Source: Nitrosopumilus sp. (GTDB lineage: Archaea > Thermoproteota > Nitrososphaeria > Nitrososphaerales > Nitrosopumilaceae). From it: DNA of 64,000 nt. The translations under genes were made by a program, and so were the position numbers. Positions within the stretch are counted from its first letter, which is position 1. Each line of letters begins with the position of its first letter. The notes beneath the pieces were generated by a model. That model searched no databases. It was given only the letters and a program-made list of their open reading frames with translations, and was not told the DNA's origin. The stretch is from contig OZ241981.1 in NCBI GenBank assembly GCA_965204345.1, forward strand, positions 1,632,001 to 1,696,000, read 5' to 3'. Shown here piece after piece: positions 58,650 to 64,000 of the stretch.

Positions 58650-59750
58650 CTATTCGACATTAACTGTTCCCATCATCCAAGGATGAACTACACAGTAATA
58701 ATCAAAAGATCCTGGGTCATTAAATGCAGTTTCAAATGTTTCACCTGCCGGAAGTAACCCCGAATCAAATATGCCATCTGCCCCTGTCTCCTTAAGCCCA
58801 CTTGTTACAGTATGTGCCGCAGTATCGTCATTACTCCAAGAAACAAGGGTACCTGCATCAATGCTTACTTCAAACGGTAAATAGCATTCGTTTGTTTCCT
58901 CACATCCTGTTACGCTTGTTCCCTCTGGAATTGAAACCTTGGTCGGCTCTGATGGGGCCTCAATTACTATTGTTGCAACCATCCATGTATGTAAAATACA
59001 CAGGTATTCGTATTCTCCTGCTTCCATTGACGTTGTATCTAACGTGTAACTTTCTCCTGCATTAATCAAGCTAGAGTCAAATGTTTCTCCAATGTCTACT
59101 GCGCTTGTTACGGTGTGTGCAACAGCATCTACGTTTATCCACTCAATTGTATGTCCTTGCGGTATCACTGCCCTGTCTGGTTCATAGTCTGGGTTTCCTT
59201 CTTGATCTGATCCTTCCAAAATATCAATTGTAAATACTGGCCCAGCTGGCACAAGATCCTCCTCTGGTTCCTCAATGCCCACCTGTTGGGGAATCATGTA
59301 TGTGTCAGGAGCTGAGAAGACTCCAAATGATACCCACATGATAATTCCGGTTGCTGCAGCCATTGCCACAATTGATCCTATTGGCTTTACTATGGTTGGA
59401 TGCTTCATTGCCAAATATGCAATAATTATCGCTGGAAATGCAATTCCCATTAAAATTCCTGCAATTGTAACTGTAAAGTTTGATGTATTCATAGTCATGG
59501 CATACATGCCAAATCCCAGTGATATTGACAAAATTACCAGAGTCGTAGCCTTGGCCCTGTTGCTAGTTGAAACCCCTCCATCTAGAATGCCTGCTGCCAA
59601 GAAAATCAGTCCCACAAACATGGTCAGGCCTGTTAATGCGTGCATTCCGTCAATGAATGTGTGTGCGATACCTGCATAGGACAACGTAAGACCTGCCAAG
59701 CCTATAGCTGTAAGTCCCATTCCTGGCATCATGAGGTCCCAATTACTCAT
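58650..59750 (-). CDS. Multi-pass membrane protein with two cupredoxin domains
   Basis: N-terminal TM helices; two HTVTS...C..H.WM copper sites. Confidence 0.88.
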   Translation of the reverse strand: MSNWDLMMPGMGLTAIGLAGLTLSYAGIAHTFIDGMHALTGLTMFVGLIFLAAGILDGGVSTSNRAKATTLVILSISLGFGMYAMTMNTSNFTVTIAGILMGIAFPAIIIAYLAMKHPTIVKPIGSIVAMAAATGIIMWVSFGVFSAPDTYMIPQQVGIEEPEEDLVPAGPVFTIDILEGSDQEGNPDYEPDRAVIPQGHTIEWINVDAVAHTVTSAVDIGETFDSSLINAGESYTLDTTSMEAGEYEYLCILHTWMVATIVIEAPSEPTKVSIPEGTSVTGCEETNECYLPFEVSIDAGTLVSWSNDDTAAHTVTSGLKETGADGIFDSGLLPAGETFETAFNDPGSFDYYCVVHPWMMGTVNVE

Positions 59751-59845
59751 TTAAGATAGCTGGTAGGACTGAGATACTTATTCCTTGCGAAATGTTGGGG
59801 ATCTAGACGAATAAATTAAATGGCTTTGGGATAGGATAGAGTAAG

Positions 59846-60733
59846 TTGGGATTTAATGAAATACTGGAGATATCAAAACCCAGAATTGTCGTTCTTTTAG
59901 TAATTACAGCAGTTACATCCATGTATGGAGCTAGCAGACTTGTTCCCGGTGTCCCTGAACTTGATTACTGGGCTTATCTGCACATTATCGTCGCAGGTGC
60001 ATTGGCCTCTGCTGGCTCTAGTGCTTTAAACCACTATTATGATAAGGACATTGATCCTAAGATGACGAGAACTAGTACCAGGCCTATTCCATCCGGACGC
60101 ATGTCTGCATCCGGCGTCCTCATATATGGTTTAGCTGTAAGCTGTGTTTCTGTAATCTATGGATATCTTGCACTAAATGCCGTATCTGCATTCTTTATTG
60201 CAGTTGGCATTTTTTCATACGTAGTTATTTACACTGTATGGCTAAAGCGAAAAAATACCTCAAACATTGTAATTGGCGGGATAGCCGGCAGCGCTGCATC
60301 TTGGGCCGGATGGGCAGCTGCAACAGGCAGCATGGATTTGCTGGGTTTTCTAGTTGGCTTTCTGGTTTTTGTTTGGACCCCCTCCCACTTTTGGTGCCTT
60401 GCCATGAAAATCAAAGACGAATATGCAGAAGCAAAAGTTCCCATGCTTCCCGTGGTAATTGGAATGCAAAAAACATCCAACTTTATCTTAGGCAACACCA
60501 TAATTTTGATTCCATACTCTCTGATACTTTCATTTATTCCTGATGGAATGGGACTTGTTTATACTGTGATTGCCGTTGTATCTGGAGGATTGATGCTCGT
60601 ATATCACTACAAACTAACTAAAACTCCGACTTCTGAATTTGCCTGGAAGGCATACAAGGTAACTGCCCCCTATCTTACGATAATTTTTGTTGCCATAGCA
60701 CTAGATGCCGCGTTTCACATTCCCTTGTTCTGA
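59846..60733 (+). CDS. ctaB: Protoheme IX farnesyltransferase (heme o synthase)
   Basis: NHYYDKDID..M.RT..RPIPSG, YT.WLKR, WTPSHFW.LA. Confidence 0.93.
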   Translation: MGFNEILEISKPRIVVLLVITAVTSMYGASRLVPGVPELDYWAYLHIIVAGALASAGSSALNHYYDKDIDPKMTRTSTRPIPSGRMSASGVLIYGLAVSCVSVIYGYLALNAVSAFFIAVGIFSYVVIYTVWLKRKNTSNIVIGGIAGSAASWAGWAAATGSMDLLGFLVGFLVFVWTPSHFWCLAMKIKDEYAEAKVPMLPVVIGMQKTSNFILGNTIILIPYSLILSFIPDGMGLVYTVIAVVSGGLMLVYHYKLTKTPTSEFAWKAYKVTAPYLTIIFVAIALDAAFHIPLF

Positions 60734-60736
60734 AAG

Positions 60737-61033
60737 TTACTTGTCTACGCCGGGGAAGCTAGCTTCGTAATCCTTTTCCATGGTTTTCTTTACCTGCTCT
60801 TCTATCTTGTCGACTGTCTTTTCAACTTCTGCCACTTCTATTCTGCGCTCATCCTTTGTAACCCATGAGACTTTGATCAGCCCTAAAATCTCCAAATCCA
60901 AAAGTATCTTGTTGAACCTGTCATCTGCAATAGCATGTCCGTCCTTTACTAAACTCTTGAAGAGCTCAACATCTGTTAAGCGATTTGCCTCTTTTATCTT
61001 CTCAAATACTGTGTTTCTTATTGGTATTGCCAT
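60737..61033 (-). CDS. Hypothetical winged-helix-like protein
   Basis: FNKILLDLEILGLIKV; directly downstream of cdc48. Confidence 0.75.
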   Translation of the reverse strand: MAIPIRNTVFEKIKEANRLTDVELFKSLVKDGHAIADDRFNKILLDLEILGLIKVSWVTKDERRIEVAEVEKTVDKIEEQVKKTMEKDYEASFPGVDK

Positions 61034-61035
61034 TT

Positions 61036-63204
61036 TTATCCGTAGAATGATTTATCCCCTGACTTTGGCACGACGTTAGATATACCTTCCTTTACGGTGC
61101 TATACCATTGATCCACCTCTTTTGTTATTGATGGTTTTACCTGTTTTAGGCTATTTGCAAAATCATGACTTGAGATTTTAGGGGAACTGTTCCTCATTGC
61201 TTCTACTGCTGCCTCCCTGCACAATGCCGCCAAATCCGCCCCGGAGTAGTTTTGTGTGGCTACTGCAATTTCCTGCAGTCTTACATCGGCTGCCAGTGGC
61301 ATCTTTTTTGTTAGAATTTTAATGATTTCGAGTCTTCCTTTTTCGTCTGGCGGGGATACATACAATACCAAATCCAGCCTGCCTGTTCTTAATAATGAGT
61401 TATCCAACACGTCTGGCCTGTTTGTAATTCCAATCACAACAACACGTGATGATACTCCCTCTTCGATCTCCGTTAACAGTTGGCTAAGAAGCGTTTCTCC
61501 TGCACCGCCCTCTCCTGATTTGGAGCGTGCCAGAGAATCCAGCTCATCAAATATTACTACACACGGTGATGAGGCTTTAGCTTTTCTAAATATCTCCCTG
61601 ATTGCCTTCTCAGATTCCCCCAGCCATTTTGAAAGTATCTCAGGCCCTCTAACCAGGATCATGTTTGCACCAGTCTCAGTGGCCAATGCCCGCCCAAGTA
61701 ATGTTTTTCCACATCCTGGAGGCCCATAAATCAAGGCTCCCTTTGGAGGCCTGATTCCCATTTTTGTAAACTTGCTTGGCTCTTTCATTGCCGTGATCAA
61801 GTTATCTGTCAGTGATTTTTTGATATCTTCTAGTCCTCCCACATCCTTCCACCAAACTTTTGGCCTCTCAACATAAAACTCCCTCATTGCCGTGGGTACC
61901 ACCTCGTGCATTGCATCGTAAAAATCAATTAGTTTTATCTGCATTGACTGCAGCACTTCTGATGGTATTTTTTCAGTTTCAAGATCTATCTCTGGCAGAT
62001 AACGCCTAATTGATTTTAGTGCTGCCTCCCTGCAAAGTGACTTGATGTCTGCACCCGTATATCCGTGCAATTCTGATGATAGATCCTTTAGATCAATATC
62101 CTCACTGATTGGCATTCCGCGGGTATGAATCTCAAGAATCTCCAATCGCTCATCCTCGTTTGGTACTGATATCTCAAATTCCCTATCAAACCTGCCTGGC
62201 CTCCTAAATGCTGGATCCACGCTGTCTGGCCTGTTTGTTGCGCCAAGCACAATGACATTTCCCCTGTCATTTAGCCCATCCATCAGTGCCAAGAGCTGGG
62301 CTACGACCCTTTTTTCCACATCCCCGTATGCCTCCTCCCTCTTTGGTGCTATGGCATCAATCTCATCTATGAATATTATGCTTGGGGAATTGTCCTTTGC
62401 CTCTTTGAAAATATCCCTTATCTTCGCTTCTGTTTCCCCATAATACTTGTTCATGATTTCCGGACCGTTGATAGGATACATGTTAGCTTCTGATTCGCTT
62501 GCCATTACTTTTGCAAGTAGTGTTTTTCCGCATCCTGGAGGCCCATAAAGTAAAATTCCGCTATGTGGCTCAATTCCCAACCTTGCAAACAGTTCTGGAT
62601 GCCTTAATGGAAGCTCCACAATCTCCCGCATTGCTTTGACTTCGCGTCTTAGTCCCCCAACCTCCTCATATGTCACCCTGACTTTTCTATCCACTGTTGT
62701 CTCTACTGAAATGTTGAGATTCGTTGTACGGTCTATCTTGACTACGCCCTTGGGAGTTGTTTTTGTAATCTTAAAGTCCATGGAATTTCCTAAAATCATC
62801 ACGGAAATCTCATCACCCTGTGTTATTGGCAGTCCCTTTAGCCTGTTTTTGACAAAATCTGTAAATTCTTTATCCACCGTGACTGTGTCATTTACCGGTA
62901 TTAGCGCAACTGACTTTGCCAGCTTTGATGCTACCTTTCTAATTTTAACAAAATCATTTAGTGACGCACCCACATTTTTTCTTGTCTGTCCATCCACCCT
63001 GATTATTTCTGGATGCTTCTCATCCTCATCGACTGGCCAAACAGCTGCGCAGCTTGATCTTGACCCTGTCACCTCTATAATGTCTCCTGGCGTGACTTTT
63101 AGAAAATCCATTGCATCCGGACCTATTCTGGCACGTTTCTTGCCTACGTCTCGTTGCTTTGCTTCCCCGATTCTCATTTGCAAAGGCTCTTCTTTGCGTA
63201 CCAA
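61036..63204 (-). CDS. cdc48: Cdc48/VCP-family AAA+ ATPase
   Basis: N-domain plus two AAA modules (GPPGCGKT twice, DEID/DELD, RPGRFD). Confidence 0.96.
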   Translation of the reverse strand: MVRKEEPLQMRIGEAKQRDVGKKRARIGPDAMDFLKVTPGDIIEVTGSRSSCAAVWPVDEDEKHPEIIRVDGQTRKNVGASLNDFVKIRKVASKLAKSVALIPVNDTVTVDKEFTDFVKNRLKGLPITQGDEISVMILGNSMDFKITKTTPKGVVKIDRTTNLNISVETTVDRKVRVTYEEVGGLRREVKAMREIVELPLRHPELFARLGIEPHSGILLYGPPGCGKTLLAKVMASESEANMYPINGPEIMNKYYGETEAKIRDIFKEAKDNSPSIIFIDEIDAIAPKREEAYGDVEKRVVAQLLALMDGLNDRGNVIVLGATNRPDSVDPAFRRPGRFDREFEISVPNEDERLEILEIHTRGMPISEDIDLKDLSSELHGYTGADIKSLCREAALKSIRRYLPEIDLETEKIPSEVLQSMQIKLIDFYDAMHEVVPTAMREFYVERPKVWWKDVGGLEDIKKSLTDNLITAMKEPSKFTKMGIRPPKGALIYGPPGCGKTLLGRALATETGANMILVRGPEILSKWLGESEKAIREIFRKAKASSPCVVIFDELDSLARSKSGEGGAGETLLSQLLTEIEEGVSSRVVVIGITNRPDVLDNSLLRTGRLDLVLYVSPPDEKGRLEIIKILTKKMPLAADVRLQEIAVATQNYSGADLAALCREAAVEAMRNSSPKISSHDFANSLKQVKPSITKEVDQWYSTVKEGISNVVPKSGDKSFYG

Positions 63205-63212
63205 AAAACCAC

Positions 63213-63494
63213 CTATTTCATGTCAACAGACATTCTGCTCATGTTGAGCACCTCAAATTCACTAACACCCTCCGTTGATTTGATGGCATTCTCCAATGCA
63301 TCGCTTTGACCCTCCTTGTCTTCTAAGACAAATTCAGCCTTTAGAAATTCCAATCCAAAAGCTAGTGGCTCTCTGGCATGTCTTTTCATGGACATTCCCT
63401 CCGGCAGTGAGGATTTGATAGTTTCTACTAGTTTGTCCAAGTCAACCTCTGTTCCCTGCGGAAGGATTTTTGTAATGAATAGTAACTGCGTCAT
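63213..63494 (-). CDS. ef1b: Translation elongation factor 1-beta
   Basis: [14 protein letters not shown]. Confidence 0.9.
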   Translation of the reverse strand: MTQLLFITKILPQGTEVDLDKLVETIKSSLPEGMSMKRHAREPLAFGLEFLKAEFVLEDKEGQSDALENAIKSTEGVSEFEVLNMSRMSVDMK

Positions 63495-63497
63495 TTT

Positions 63498-63680
63498 CTA
63501 TGGTCCCTGTGAATTACATGAGGAACAGGTATAGGTTCTTGCTGCCTCCCTGCAACTTTGACATCTCCAAATCAGGTCATCACCACAGCTGGGGCAGTTA
63601 AACTTTACACATTTATCATTAGGCATAATATGTCTGTGACAGCCACTACATGTCGGTAAGGAAATAGTAGATGATGACAT
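63498..63680 (-). CDS. Double zinc-ribbon protein (DUF1610/HVO_2753-like)
   Basis: CSGC, FNCPSCG, RCQSCR, YTCSSC..GP; conserved upstream of EF-1beta. Confidence 0.88.
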   Translation of the reverse strand: MSSSTISLPTCSGCHRHIMPNDKCVKFNCPSCGDDLIWRCQSCREAARTYTCSSCNSQGP

Positions 63681-63731
63681 GACACGATTTCCTGTAAACA
63701 TCATTTATACCTTCCTTGAAATAAAGGCAGT

Positions 63732-64000
63732 TCAACCAAGCAGTTTTTTTATCTCTCCGCCGATTAAGGCTTGAGCTGTTTTGATTGATCCCCTCAGACC
63801 CAATAGTTTTATAATTGAACCCGTGTGAAAGTCAAAATCGTCTTTTTCTGAAATCTCTTTGGTGATTTCCGGCGTAACTGAATCAAACAACTTGTTAATT
63901 GTATTGTTGTCTGTTCTTTCCAAGACCTTCCTTGCCAGCAATTGTTTTTCAAATTCCTTGCCGAATCTTTTCGTCCATCTTTTCTGATATTCCTCAAGGT
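63732..64000 (-). CDS. 3' end of a probable geranylgeranyl-reductase-family oxidoreductase (truncated by window)
   Basis: Frame open to the window edge: LEEYQKRWTKRFGKEFEKQLLARK. Confidence 0.6.
   Translation of the reverse strand, partial: LEEYQKRWTKRFGKEFEKQLLARKVLERTDNNTINKLFDSVTPEITKEISEKDDFDFHTGSIIKLLGLRGSIKTAQALIGGEIKKLLG

Overview
This 64 kb is chromosomal DNA from an ammonia-oxidising archaeon (Nitrosopumilus-like Thaumarchaeota/Nitrososphaerota), judged from its archaeal ribosomal proteins, Cbf5, Cdc48, intron-containing tRNAs and typical thaumarchaeal cupredoxins. Most of it is core genome: translation and secretion clusters, leuS, alaS, pckA, sod, argF, a 2-oxoacid:ferredoxin oxidoreductase, ctaB and cdc48. 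Four accessory patches interrupt it. (1) ~4.6-6.8 kb: an islet with a MITE-like repeat family, a broken secreted-protein gene, a SAM methyltransferase, small Zn-finger ORFs and a ParB-like remnant. (2) ~12.7-25.2 kb: a putative defence island. It has a UvrD helicase-nuclease facing a co-oriented AT-rich cluster of a SWIM/Zn-finger protein, two tandem paralogous ParB/Srx-like proteins, a SNF2 ATPase, a DUF3883 nuclease, an amino-DNA methyltransferase and a decayed PmeII-like restriction endonuclease not shown in the ORF track. This is the best candidate for an undescribed system. (3) ~30.1-31.8 kb: an insertion carrying a partial duplicate of dtdA and a chimeric cupredoxin. (4) ~48.1-50.8 kb after tRNA-Ser: direct repeats, a frameshifted serpin and a second MITE copy. 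Several pseudogenes and the serpin hint at a host-associated lineage. All family calls come from motif recognition by eye; no searches were run.
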